Source of the DNA: Acidobacteriota bacterium
GTDB lineage: Bacteria; Acidobacteriota; DATKUA01
Length of the DNA stretch: 64,000 nt
Reading direction: 5' to 3'
Assembly (NCBI GenBank): GCA_035530855.1
Contig: DATKUA010000037.1
Location: forward strand, 30,333-94,332
The position numbers and the translations under genes are program-made. Under the pieces are notes generated by a model that saw only the letters and a program-made list of their open reading frames with translations, had not been told where the DNA came from and searched no databases. Shown here in pieces: positions 1 to 8,709 of this stretch. The number at the start of each line of letters is the position of its first letter. Within the stretch, counting starts at the first letter, position 1.

Positions 1-1375
1 TCTCCACATCACCGGAGAACGGTTGGCGCTCTACGAGCGGGTCTCCCCCGCCCTTGGCATGTGGATGCCGAACTTCATCTTCGGCCTCATGGCCATCCTC
101 TTGCTCTTCCTCCGCAGGAGAGCCGAGCTGAGGGTCCCGGGACTCGGCCAGTTTCTGCTGCGGATCAGGATGCCTGAGGACGAAACTCAGGAGGCTGCCG
201 AACCGGGAGGAAAACCGTCCGAAGCACGAATGCGGGCTAGCGAAACCCGCCGCCATGTCGAAGAACAGATCGGCCGAGCTTTCAATTTTCCGCTGATAAT
301 CGACCGCTATCTGATCAAGACATTCCTGATGGCTTTCCTGTTGGTTTTCGCGATCGTCTACGCGGTCTTCAGCCTGGTGAACTTTATCGACATCAACAAC
401 GATATCCAGAAGAACAATGTCGACCAGTCGATACTCATCGACTACTTCCAGTTCGTTGCGCCTGAAACAATCCGCTGGGTTTTGCCGATATCGACTCTAA
501 TGGGCACGATGATCTGCTTCGCACTGCTGAGCAAGAACTCCGAGGTCATCGCCTTCAAATCCAGCGGTGTAAGCATTTACCGTCTGTCCTTGCCGGTGAT
601 CTTCATGTCGTTGGTCATCAGCATTTTTGCCTTCTACAACAACGATTTCCTCATCCCGGCCACAGCGCCGCGGTTGGCTGAAATCAAGGGAATCATTCGT
701 GACCGTCCGGTGCAGACCACCCGCGATCCGAGTAACCGCTGGGTCCTGGGTGAGGAAAAGAACAGGATTTATCACTTTCAGCTCTACAACGAGGACGAGC
801 GCCGCCTGGAGGAACTGCACGTCTACGAGATTGATCCGGAGAGTTACCAACTCCGTCAACACGTCTATGTGAGGCAGGCCGTCTGGGGAGAAGACTCCTG
901 GGTAGCCGACAACGGCTGGATAACGCGTTTCAGCGAAACGACGCGCACTCCGGAGGAGATCACATCCACACGGGAGTTGCCGATTCCCGAGTATCCGACC
1001 TACTTCGGCCAGGAGATCAAGCCATCGGACCAGATGAACTATACCGAGCTCACCGACTACATCGGCACGCTTGACTCTTACGGTTTCTCGACCACCCGGG
1101 AAAATTTCGACCTCAACTGGAAGCTCAGTTTCCCGTTCCTGCCGCTAGTGATGACGCTTCTCGGACTGCCCTTTGCCTTCACCGCGGCCAAGCGTAGCGG
1201 CCCGATGACGGGCATCTCCATCTCCGTCGGTCTGGTGATTGTCTACTGGGGCATAATGAGCCTCTTCCGCGCCCTCGGGCAGACCGGCCTTCTGCCAGCT
1301 CTGCTGGCCGCCTGGGCCCCAAATATCGCTTTCCTGGGGATCGGTGCCCTGCTGTTTGCCACGCTGCGCAGTTAG
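1..1375 (+). CDS. LptF/LptG (YjgP/YjgQ) family LPS export permease. The frame is open from the window edge. The N-terminal snippet resembles the C-terminus of a paralogous LptF/G permease and runs in-frame into a complete LptG-like unit.
   Basis: An 'IIDRYLIKTFLMAFLL' start motif, multiple TM helices and a large periplasmic middle region mark the LptG-like unit. The C-terminal 'LLPALLAAWAPNIAFLGIGALLF' is echoed at the window start by 'SPALGMWMPNFIFGLMAILLLF'. No stop codon occurs from position 2 to 1375. Confidence 0.7.
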   Translation, partial: LHITGERLALYERVSPALGMWMPNFIFGLMAILLLFLRRRAELRVPGLGQFLLRIRMPEDETQEAAEPGGKPSEARMRASETRRHVEEQIGRAFNFPLIIDRYLIKTFLMAFLLVFAIVYAVFSLVNFIDINNDIQKNNVDQSILIDYFQFVAPETIRWVLPISTLMGTMICFALLSKNSEVIAFKSSGVSIYRLSLPVIFMSLVISIFAFYNNDFLIPATAPRLAEIKGIIRDRPVQTTRDPSNRWVLGEEKNRIYHFQLYNEDERRLEELHVYEIDPESYQLRQHVYVRQAVWGEDSWVADNGWITRFSETTRTPEEITSTRELPIPEYPTYFGQEIKPSDQMNYTELTDYIGTLDSYGFSTTRENFDLNWKLSFPFLPLVMTLLGLPFAFTAAKRSGPMTGISISVGLVIVYWGIMSLFRALGQTGLLPALLAAWAPNIAFLGIGALLFATLRS

Positions 1376-1483
1376 GCCCCGATCGCGCGGTCTCGGCGTA
1401 ACTTATTGATATGCAACAGATTACGCGAATTTTGCGCTCGCGGGTTGCACTGCTTTCGCGTCAACTTCTTTGCTGTCAACAGG

Positions 1484-2380
1484 TTACGAGCGTGGATGGC
1501 TTTTATCGTAGAGTCGGCGGAGCCGCTCGCGGCTGACCTCGGTGTAGATTTGGGTGGTGGTGATGTCGCTATGGCCCAACAGAGTCTGCACGCTACGCAG
1601 GTCGGCGCCGTGCTCCAGCAGATGGGTGGCGAAACAGTGGCGCAGGAGGTGGGGGTAAATCTTCTTCCTGATACCAGCCTTGCGCGCATACGAGCCGATC
1701 AGCACCCAAAAAGTCTTCCTCGAAATATGTCCGCCGCGGGAGGTTATAAATAGATAAGGAGACCTCTTATTCCCCAGTATCTCTTCCCTGCCCCCATCCA
1801 GATACGCTTTGACGTGGCGATAGGCCTCACCTCCCAACGGTACGATGCGCTCTTTGTCCCGCTTGCCGCGCACGTGAACGAAAGGCATCATGTCCGCCCG
1901 GATATCGTCCACCCGCAGCGAAACCAGCTCTGAGATTCTCAGGCCGGTGGCGTAGAGTGTTTCCAGCATGGCCTTGTCGCGCATTCCGAGGGCTCTGGAC
2001 GTGTCGGCGACCGAAAGTAGTGCCTCTACCTCTTTCTCGCTCAACACCTCCGGCAGCGACTTGGCTATGCGGGGAGCGGGGATCGTATCCGTGGGGTCCA
2101 CGTTGATCTCTTCCTCGCTGAGCAGGAACCTGTAGAACTGCCTTAGCGTCGAGAGGCAGCGAGCCGCCGATCTCGCTGACAGACCTCCCTGGCGCAGTTG
2201 CGTCAGCAAGTCAGAGATGTCATCCCGAGTTAAAACCTCAAGTGATTTGTCGATTTTCACGGCATAACCGAGGAGCTTTGCCAGATCCCTGCTGTAGGAA
2301 ACCACCGTGTTCTGCGAGAGTCCCCGCTCGGCGATCAGGTGATCGATGAACAGCTCGACAAGTCGTTCGTCAATCATCAT
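1484..2380 (-). CDS. xerD: Tyrosine site-specific recombinase XerD (XerC/XerD family)
   Basis: The N-terminal SAM-like domain has 'RGLSQNTVVSYSRDL'. The catalytic region has 'HLLRHCFATHLLEHGADLRSVQTLLGHSDITTTQIYTEV' with the RHRH-Y residues. Confidence 0.85.
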   Translation of the reverse strand: MMIDERLVELFIDHLIAERGLSQNTVVSYSRDLAKLLGYAVKIDKSLEVLTRDDISDLLTQLRQGGLSARSAARCLSTLRQFYRFLLSEEEINVDPTDTIPAPRIAKSLPEVLSEKEVEALLSVADTSRALGMRDKAMLETLYATGLRISELVSLRVDDIRADMMPFVHVRGKRDKERIVPLGGEAYRHVKAYLDGGREEILGNKRSPYLFITSRGGHISRKTFWVLIGSYARKAGIRKKIYPHLLRHCFATHLLEHGADLRSVQTLLGHSDITTTQIYTEVSRERLRRLYDKSHPRS

Positions 2381-2819
2381 TCCTGCGCTCGATAATGAAA
2401 GTTACAGGCCCCGAATTCACCAGCGCGACATCCATCATGGCCGCGAAGACACCCGTCTTAACGCTGATCCCCGCGGCCCTCAACTCGTCGCAGAAGAATT
2501 CGTAGAGCTCTTCGGCCACTGCGGGATCCGCAGCCTTGTCGAAGCTCGGCCTCCTGCCTTTGCGGACCCGCGCGGCCAGGGTGAACTGAGAGACCACGAG
2601 CGCCTCGCTGCTAATGTCCAGCAGCGAAAGGTTCATCTTGCGCTCGCCGTCGGCGAACGCTCTCAGCTCCGCGCACTTTCGCGCTCCCCAGGAAATGACC
2701 TGCTTATCATCTCCTCTCTCCACGGCGAGAAATAAAACCGCACCCTCGCCGATTTCCGAGTGCAACTTGTCATCGATCCTCACCGAAGCGCTCGACACCC
2801 TTTGATACACGATCTTCAT
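2370..2819 (-). CDS. dtd: D-aminoacyl-tRNA deacylase
   Basis: A 149-aa protein with 'MKIVYQRVSSASV' and 'SQFTLAA', typical of Dtd. It overlaps xerD by 11 nt and murJ by 4 nt, consistent with an operon. Confidence 0.88.
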   Translation of the reverse strand: MKIVYQRVSSASVRIDDKLHSEIGEGAVLFLAVERGDDKQVISWGARKCAELRAFADGERKMNLSLLDISSEALVVSQFTLAARVRKGRRPSFDKAADPAVAEELYEFFCDELRAAGISVKTGVFAAMMDVALVNSGPVTFIIERRNDD

Positions 2820-4498
2820 GCCTTGCCGTCCTGGGAAGTCGAGTCTCGCTCGGTTATCCGGCCAGGGGTGGTTTTATCTTTGCGGAACATCGATATCAGC
2901 TCGGGCAATTCGCGGCTGCGCAAGACTGCGCTGACGATCGAGAACAAGATCACGCCGGTGGCAATCGTTCCCAAAGTCAGGCCGATTTTTGCCCAACTGT
3001 TGTGCATCGAATCCAGACCAAGCCACCCCCCGGCCAACCAGCAGAATCCACCCATGACAGCAGAGGCGGAGACGATCTTGACCATCGATACGATAATCTG
3101 CCTGAGCCTTAAACTGCCATGCCGTCGGACGAATACTGCCAGCAGCAGAGTGACGTTGAGCGCCGCACCGCACGTTAATGCCAATGCGACACCCGAGTTT
3201 CCCATGTAAGCGCTAAGGATATAACAGAGTGTAATGTTAACGACCATGTCGCATGAGCTGATAATCACCGGGATGCGCATCTCCTTGAGCGCATAAAACG
3301 CCGGTGCCATCACCTTGATCAATGCGAAGAGGAACAAGCCGAGGCTGAAGAAGACGAGCGGGTCCGCAGTAAGCGCCAGAGAGCGTTCGTCAAACGCGCC
3401 TCGCTGGAAGACAATGCTGACGATCGGCTTGCGCAGGACAATCAGCCCGACCGCAGCCGGGATAGTGATGAAACCGACCACCCTGATGGCAAACGAGAGC
3501 GTCTGCCTCAAGTCTTCGATACGGCCGGCTGCAGCCTGCCTCGAGAGTAGCGGCAGGATCACCGTCGAAACTGATATCGCGAAGATCCCGAGTGTCAGCT
3601 CCATCAGGCGGTCGGAATAATAGATGCCTGAGGTCGCGCCCTCCTCGAGTCCTGTAAGCACGCGGGTGGCGATGAAGATATTGATCTGCGTGATGCCGAC
3701 CGCGAATACCCCCGGTACCATCAGCTTGAAAACCTGCCTGATTTCCGGATCGAGGAACGACACGCGGAAATTGAATTTCACTCCGAAGCGCCGCAGGAAT
3801 GGAAGCTGAAATAAGACCTGCGCGAGCCCGCCCAACAGCACCCCGATGGCGAAGCCGAACGCTGGGCTGGTGAACGTCGATGCGAAAGCCCAGCCGCAGA
3901 CGATGATGCTGATGTTGAACAGCACCGGTGTAAATGCCGGCGGGCCGAAGCTGCCGAATGAGTTGAGCACCGCCATCACAATCGCCGCGAGCCCGATCAG
4001 CGAGATATAAGGGAACATGATCTGATTAAGCTGGACAGTGAGCTCGATCTTGCCCGGCACCTGGTCGAACCCGCCTTTCTCGGTTATCAGGTCCACCAGC
4101 ACCGGCGAAAAAGCGACCCCCAACGCCGCAATCAAGAGGAGGATAAGTGCGAAGGTGCAGAAGAAGGTGCTCACGAAGCGCCACAGCCGTTGCTTGTCTC
4201 CTTGCTGCTCCACCTGTGCGAAAGTGGGAATGAAAGCCGCAGTCATTGCCCCCTCGCCCAAGAGCCTGCGGAGCATGTTGGGGATTACGTTGCCGACTCT
4301 GAAGGCATCCATGTGCATGCCGGTGCCCATCAACGCGGCCATCGACATATCCCTTACGAGACCGAAAATCCGGCTTGTGGCGGTCATGATGCTCATAATG
4401 CCGGCCGAGCGCAGCAGCCTGCGCTTGCCGTCCCTCTCATCCGCCTGTGCCGCGATCGACTCTGCACCGGTGGTTGTCGTATCCCCGCTCATCTCCAT
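2816..4498 (-). CDS. murJ: Lipid II flippase MurJ (MviN), MOP/MATE-like
   Basis: A 560-aa polytopic membrane protein. It starts 'SRIFGLVRDMSMAALMGTGMHMDAFRVGNVIPNMLRRLLGEGAMTAAFIPTF', the conserved MurJ N-terminus. Confidence 0.85.
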   Translation of the reverse strand: MEMSGDTTTTGAESIAAQADERDGKRRLLRSAGIMSIMTATSRIFGLVRDMSMAALMGTGMHMDAFRVGNVIPNMLRRLLGEGAMTAAFIPTFAQVEQQGDKQRLWRFVSTFFCTFALILLLIAALGVAFSPVLVDLITEKGGFDQVPGKIELTVQLNQIMFPYISLIGLAAIVMAVLNSFGSFGPPAFTPVLFNISIIVCGWAFASTFTSPAFGFAIGVLLGGLAQVLFQLPFLRRFGVKFNFRVSFLDPEIRQVFKLMVPGVFAVGITQINIFIATRVLTGLEEGATSGIYYSDRLMELTLGIFAISVSTVILPLLSRQAAAGRIEDLRQTLSFAIRVVGFITIPAAVGLIVLRKPIVSIVFQRGAFDERSLALTADPLVFFSLGLFLFALIKVMAPAFYALKEMRIPVIISSCDMVVNITLCYILSAYMGNSGVALALTCGAALNVTLLLAVFVRRHGSLRLRQIIVSMVKIVSASAVMGGFCWLAGGWLGLDSMHNSWAKIGLTLGTIATGVILFSIVSAVLRSRELPELISMFRKDKTTPGRITERDSTSQDGKA

Positions 4499-4582
4499 TC
4501 TATCCCGATCCCGATCCTTCGATTCGTGGAGTCGATTCTATTCTGCCAAAGCCCCGCCCGCAATTGTTTGGATAGAAAGCGC

Positions 4583-4611
4583 TTGACTTTACCGGCCACC
4601 TTATCTAAACT
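4583..4611 (+). promoter_or_regulatory. Sigma70-like promoter for rpsT: TTGACT, 17-nt spacer, TAAACT. A GGAG ribosome-binding site lies 10 nt before the ATG.
   Basis: The hexamers were read directly: TTGACT at 4583-4588 and TAAACT at 4606-4611 with a 17-nt spacer. The site sits in the divergent intergenic region between murJ and rpsT. Confidence 0.4.
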
Positions 4612-4644
4612 CCCGCCTGCTTTTTTGGAGATAAGAGGCAAATA

Positions 4645-4914
4645 ATGGCAAATATCAAGTCAGCAATGAAAAGGGACAAGCAGAACAAGGTTGCTCGCCT
4701 GAGAAACAGGCACTTCGTGAGCACTCTTCGAGGCGATATCAAGAAATTCCGCAAGCTTGTTGCCGAAGGTGACATCGAGGGCGCTCGCAAAAGCCTCGGG
4801 AGCACGTACTCCCGCATCGACAAGAGCATTCAAAAGGGAATTATTCACCGCAATCGAGCTGCCCGTTTGAAGTCTCGTCTCACTGCGAGCCTCAGCCGTT
4901 CCAGCGATTCCTAA
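4645..4914 (+). CDS. rpsT: 30S ribosomal protein S20
   Basis: 'MANIKSAMKRDKQNKVARLRNRHF...' is a canonical S20 N-terminus. The product is a basic 89-aa protein. Confidence 0.92.
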   Translation: MANIKSAMKRDKQNKVARLRNRHFVSTLRGDIKKFRKLVAEGDIEGARKSLGSTYSRIDKSIQKGIIHRNRAARLKSRLTASLSRSSDS

Positions 4915-5031
4915 TTTACCCTTCAACGCCCACCCACTACATAAAGCACTAGTTATCAGCATTTTATACTTCATGTAGTACTTTAATAGTATTTCTTTAA
5001 TAGTGGATCTTCATCTGTCGGCGTGCCGACT

Positions 5032-5859
5032 TCAAGCATGGCTTTGTTCTTTGATCTTGTCTATGGCTTCTTGCAGGGCCCTTATCATTTCTTCTGTGCT
5101 GGCCTCGCACTTCTTGAATTTCACGGTCACCGTAAAGGATTTGTCTTTTGCCGCATGGCGGTAGGTGGCCGGTTTTGGCTTTTCGCTTTTGAGGTGCGGC
5201 CTGGTCGCCCTGGCCTCTTCGCGCGAGATGCCCCTGCTGATTATGTTTTGGGTCAGATGCAGCATGTCTCCCGATGTGTCCTGCCGGGCGATTTGCAGCA
5301 GCATCGATTTCGCGCCGACTCCGTGGCTGCGGCAGAGCCTGCGGATATCCTCGGGTATCCTGGCAAGACTCATGGTTTCAGTGATCGAACTGCGTGACTT
5401 GCCTATCTTATTTGCAATGTCATCATGCGTGTAGCTGTACTTATCCTTGAGCTGCTGCAGGCCGTCGGCTTCCTCAAAGGGTGTCAGGTCTTTCCTCTGG
5501 AGGTTTTCAATTAGAGCGACTTCAAGCGTCTCGATGTCGTCGGCATCGCGAATGACGCAGGGGACGGCTTCCAAACCGATCTCACGGGCGGCGACGAAAC
5601 GTCGTTCTCCGGAGATTATCTGATACTTCTCGCCGTGCTTGCGCACGATAATGGGTTCGATGATGCCCTTCTCCTCGATCGAGCGCTTGAGGCCGGCAAG
5701 GTCACCCAGGGCAGTCCTTGGCTGCTCCTTGTTCGGTTCGATCTCATTAACCGGGATCTCCCTGCCGATCGGCTTGGGCAAGGGAGCGCTCAGGCTATCC
5801 ACATAATGCCTGTCGTGTCTCGGTTGAACCGTATCAGGAAGACCGCGACGCATTGACAC
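5032..5859 (-). CDS. parB: Chromosome partitioning protein ParB (Spo0J)
   Basis: It carries the ParB box 'IISGERRFVAAREIGL' and an HTH 'HDDIANKIGKSRSSITETMSLARIP'. It overlaps parA by 26 nt. Confidence 0.85.
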   Translation of the reverse strand: MSMRRGLPDTVQPRHDRHYVDSLSAPLPKPIGREIPVNEIEPNKEQPRTALGDLAGLKRSIEEKGIIEPIIVRKHGEKYQIISGERRFVAAREIGLEAVPCVIRDADDIETLEVALIENLQRKDLTPFEEADGLQQLKDKYSYTHDDIANKIGKSRSSITETMSLARIPEDIRRLCRSHGVGAKSMLLQIARQDTSGDMLHLTQNIISRGISREEARATRPHLKSEKPKPATYRHAAKDKSFTVTVKFKKCEASTEEMIRALQEAIDKIKEQSHA

Positions 5860-6607
5860 GTTCGATTACCTCCTCGCTAAGCTTTAAGTACTCCTCCGCA
5901 CTGATCGATTCGGGTGCGTGGCGGAAGATCGATAACCGGTAAGCCGGGCTTTCTTCCAGCCTCACCGATTTGCTGATCACGGTTGAAAATGCGGCGTCGC
6001 CGAATATCTGCCGCACACGGTTGACAGAATCCTGTCCCAACACCGTTCTGCGATCGTGAATCGTGACCAGTGCTCCGAGCAACCTGAGCCCCGGGTTGAA
6101 TCTCGCGCGGATTTTATCCACTGTATCGAGCAGATCGTCAGTGCCTTCGAGGCTGAGATAGGAGGATTGAATGGGGACGACCAGGTGCTGCGCCGCCACG
6201 AGGCAGTTGATGGTCAACATCCCGAGCGCCGGAGGAGTGTCGACCAGAATGAACTCGTATTCATTTATCAGCGGCGTGAGAATATCCTTCAACCTGAATT
6301 GCCCGTCGATTTCGGATACCAGGTCTCGCTCGACCTTGGCGAGTTCTATCTCCGACGGCAGGAGGTCGATGCCCTCTTCCTTGATCGAGATAATTGCGTC
6401 GCGAATATCGCATTCCTGACGAAAAACCGAGTAGATTGTCTTTCGTTCATTCCTTGTCTGCAAGAATGAAAGCGAGGAATGCCCCTGAGGATCCATATCG
6501 ACAAGCAGTGTCGACCGCTTCTTCAGGCCGCCGAGCGCTGCAGCCAGGTTGATTGCGGTCACAGTCTTGCCTACTCCGCCCTTTTGATTGGCTATTGTTA
6601 TTATCAA
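5834..6607 (-). CDS. parA: Chromosome partitioning ATPase ParA (Soj)
   Basis: The deviant Walker A 'IANQKGGVGKTVTAINLAAAL' and the 'LVDMDPQGHSS' motif identify ParA. Confidence 0.9.
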   Translation of the reverse strand: MIITIANQKGGVGKTVTAINLAAALGGLKKRSTLLVDMDPQGHSSLSFLQTRNERKTIYSVFRQECDIRDAIISIKEEGIDLLPSEIELAKVERDLVSEIDGQFRLKDILTPLINEYEFILVDTPPALGMLTINCLVAAQHLVVPIQSSYLSLEGTDDLLDTVDKIRARFNPGLRLLGALVTIHDRRTVLGQDSVNRVRQIFGDAAFSTVISKSVRLEESPAYRLSIFRHAPESISAEEYLKLSEEVIERVNASRSS

Positions 6608-6736
6608 GGCCTGTCCTTCCTTTTGTTCTTAATTTAAGACTAGGCAGAGAGTGTAGTCAAGCAGAAGAGACCAAATATTGAGTATTGAATGGTATTATGC
6701 ACCAGATATTGGGAGTTTGAGGCGCCTAAGCAGGGA

Positions 6737-7222
6737 TTACATTTTATATTTTCCGAATGCCTCGATGTCCAGATTATCCAGCCATTTTTTCAGTTTTTCT
6801 TTGTGTTCGGGATCATCCGACATCTCAAATCCGCTCGCTGCTTCGATCACTTGTGGATCTACGAAAATCGGGGATTCCGTTCTCAGGGCAATGGCAATGG
6901 CATCGCTGGGTCTGGAGTCTATCCGGAGTTCCTCTCCGTTTACCGTGAGGAAGATGTTCGCAAAGTATGTGCTGTTCTCCAGCTTGCTGATTTCAATTCT
7001 CTTTAGCTCGGCTCCGATTGTATCGAGGATGCTCTTTATCAGATCGTGAGTCATGGGGCGCGGCGTGGGCACGTCTTCTATCTTCAGGGCGATGGCATTT
7101 GCTTCAAAAAATCCAACCCAAATAGGGAGAACTTTCTTCCCATCAGTGTCCATCAGGACGATGATGGGCATCTCATTGATCGGGTCGATCAATAAACTCT
7201 TTATTTTCATTTCTATCAGCAT
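6737..7222 (-). CDS. Bifunctional nuclease family protein (BFN/DUF151)
   Basis: A 161-aa protein with 'PIIVLMDTDGKKVLPIWVGFFEANAIALKIEDVPTPRPMTHDLI', characteristic of DUF151. Confidence 0.65.
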   Translation of the reverse strand: MLIEMKIKSLLIDPINEMPIIVLMDTDGKKVLPIWVGFFEANAIALKIEDVPTPRPMTHDLIKSILDTIGAELKRIEISKLENSTYFANIFLTVNGEELRIDSRPSDAIAIALRTESPIFVDPQVIEAASGFEMSDDPEHKEKLKKWLDNLDIEAFGKYKM

Positions 7223-7271
7223 AATTTTCTCCCGGAATTATCAATCAATCTATGGCCGAGGATTCTAAGTG

Positions 7272-8621
7272 TCAAGAAGGCCCCATCAGCCTACCGCTGA
7301 GGCTGTGACTCCCCGCTTCGATTATCTCCACGGGTATTATCCGGCCGATCAAATCTTTCGATGCGGTGAGGTTTACAACGAGGTTGCCCTCCGTTCTGCC
7401 GCAAAGCTGCCCTCCTCCGTGCGCAGATTCGCCCTCGATAAGTACCGGCTGCGTCATACCGACCATCTTCCCGTGATTTTCTCTTTGTATCCGCTCTTGG
7501 AGTTGCTGCATGCGTTGCAGCCGTTCGACTTTAACCTCTCTCGCGACGTCATCATCAAGCTCTGCCGCTTTCGTGCCAGGCCTCGGCGAATATACGAAAG
7601 TGAAGAGATTCGAGAAACGAACTTCCGCTAATAAATCTAGAGATAACTTGAAGTCCGCTTCGTTTTCCCCCGGAAATCCGCAGATGAAGTCGCCGGATAC
7701 CGATACATTCTTCAAGTGTTTCTTTAATACTTTAACTTTGTTCAGGTAATCCATTCTCGTATATTTCCGGTTCATCGCTTTCAGAATGCTGTCGCTGCCG
7801 CTCTGGGGTGGAAGGTGTATTGCGTTGCAAATATTGTCATGTCGCGCCATCACCTCCGCCACACCCTCAGTGAAGTCTTTGGGATGCGATGTGATGAATC
7901 TAATTCTATCGATTCCACTGATCCGGGCTACATTGTCCAATAAACCGGCGAAGTCCATTCCGGAATTCTCATCATTGTAAGAGTTGACGTTCTGACCCAG
8001 AAGCTGGATTTCAACGTAGCCGTTTTCTGCAAGCCGCCGGACTTCCTCGAGGATATTTCCGGCAGGCCGGCTGATCTCTCTTCCCCTGACATGGGGCACG
8101 ATGCAATAGCTGCAAAAATTGTCGCAGCCTTCCATGATCGTTACATAGGCAACCGCCTTCGAACCGCGAACGAAAATTGCTGAATCGGACAAATTGCCTT
8201 CGAGTTCAACAAAGCTGACTCCCCCGCCCCCGCTCTCTCGTTTCTGTTTGAATTCCTGCAATAGTACGGGAAGTCTCGAAATCGCCCTCGTGCCAAGGAC
8301 GATATCAGTGTGCGGCGCGCGATCAAACAGCCGCTCTCCCTCGCGCTGGGCTATGCAGCCGCTCACACCCACGATCAGATCGGGATTTGAGCGCTTCAAC
8401 AGGCGTACCCTGCCTAGCTTGGTGAAAAGCTTCTGATCGGCCTTTTCCCTGACACTGCACGTGTTGAGGAAGATCACATCCGCCTCTTCCTCGCATTCTG
8501 CTGCTTGATAGCCGAGCGTTTCCAGGACTCCCGCCAGATGCTCGCTGTCGTGCACATTCATCTGGCATCCGAAGGTGTGGATGTAATATCTACCCGTTGC
8601 TGTTGTTTTGATGTCGGTCAT
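7272..8621 (-). CDS. miaB: tRNA-i6A37 methylthiotransferase MiaB (radical SAM MTTase)
   Basis: The N-terminal 'YYIHTFGCQMNVHDSE' is the MTTase domain with its Cys triad. A radical SAM CxxxCxxC block ('CDNFCSYCIVP') and a C-terminal TRAM domain follow. Confidence 0.9.
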   Translation of the reverse strand: MTDIKTTATGRYYIHTFGCQMNVHDSEHLAGVLETLGYQAAECEEEADVIFLNTCSVREKADQKLFTKLGRVRLLKRSNPDLIVGVSGCIAQREGERLFDRAPHTDIVLGTRAISRLPVLLQEFKQKRESGGGGVSFVELEGNLSDSAIFVRGSKAVAYVTIMEGCDNFCSYCIVPHVRGREISRPAGNILEEVRRLAENGYVEIQLLGQNVNSYNDENSGMDFAGLLDNVARISGIDRIRFITSHPKDFTEGVAEVMARHDNICNAIHLPPQSGSDSILKAMNRKYTRMDYLNKVKVLKKHLKNVSVSGDFICGFPGENEADFKLSLDLLAEVRFSNLFTFVYSPRPGTKAAELDDDVAREVKVERLQRMQQLQERIQRENHGKMVGMTQPVLIEGESAHGGGQLCGRTEGNLVVNLTASKDLIGRIIPVEIIEAGSHSLSGRLMGPS

Positions 8622-8709
8622 CGAAGCCTCATTCCCGATGTCTCGGAATACACTTTTACATTCTTAGCTCTAATTCGGTAAAAGGCCACCCCCCAGGACG
8701 GGGAGCGTT

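Noticed and set aside
497-872. Overlapping ORFs (121 aa on -, 81 aa on +) inside the LptF/G permease gene
   Set aside because: They are embedded in a well-supported membrane-protein CDS. They have no ribosome-binding site or motif and are typical high-GC antisense frames.
5023-5434. + strand ORFs (124 and 89 aa) at the 3' end of parB
   Set aside because: They overlap parB on the opposite strand. The sense-strand ParB-box and HTH evidence is strong.
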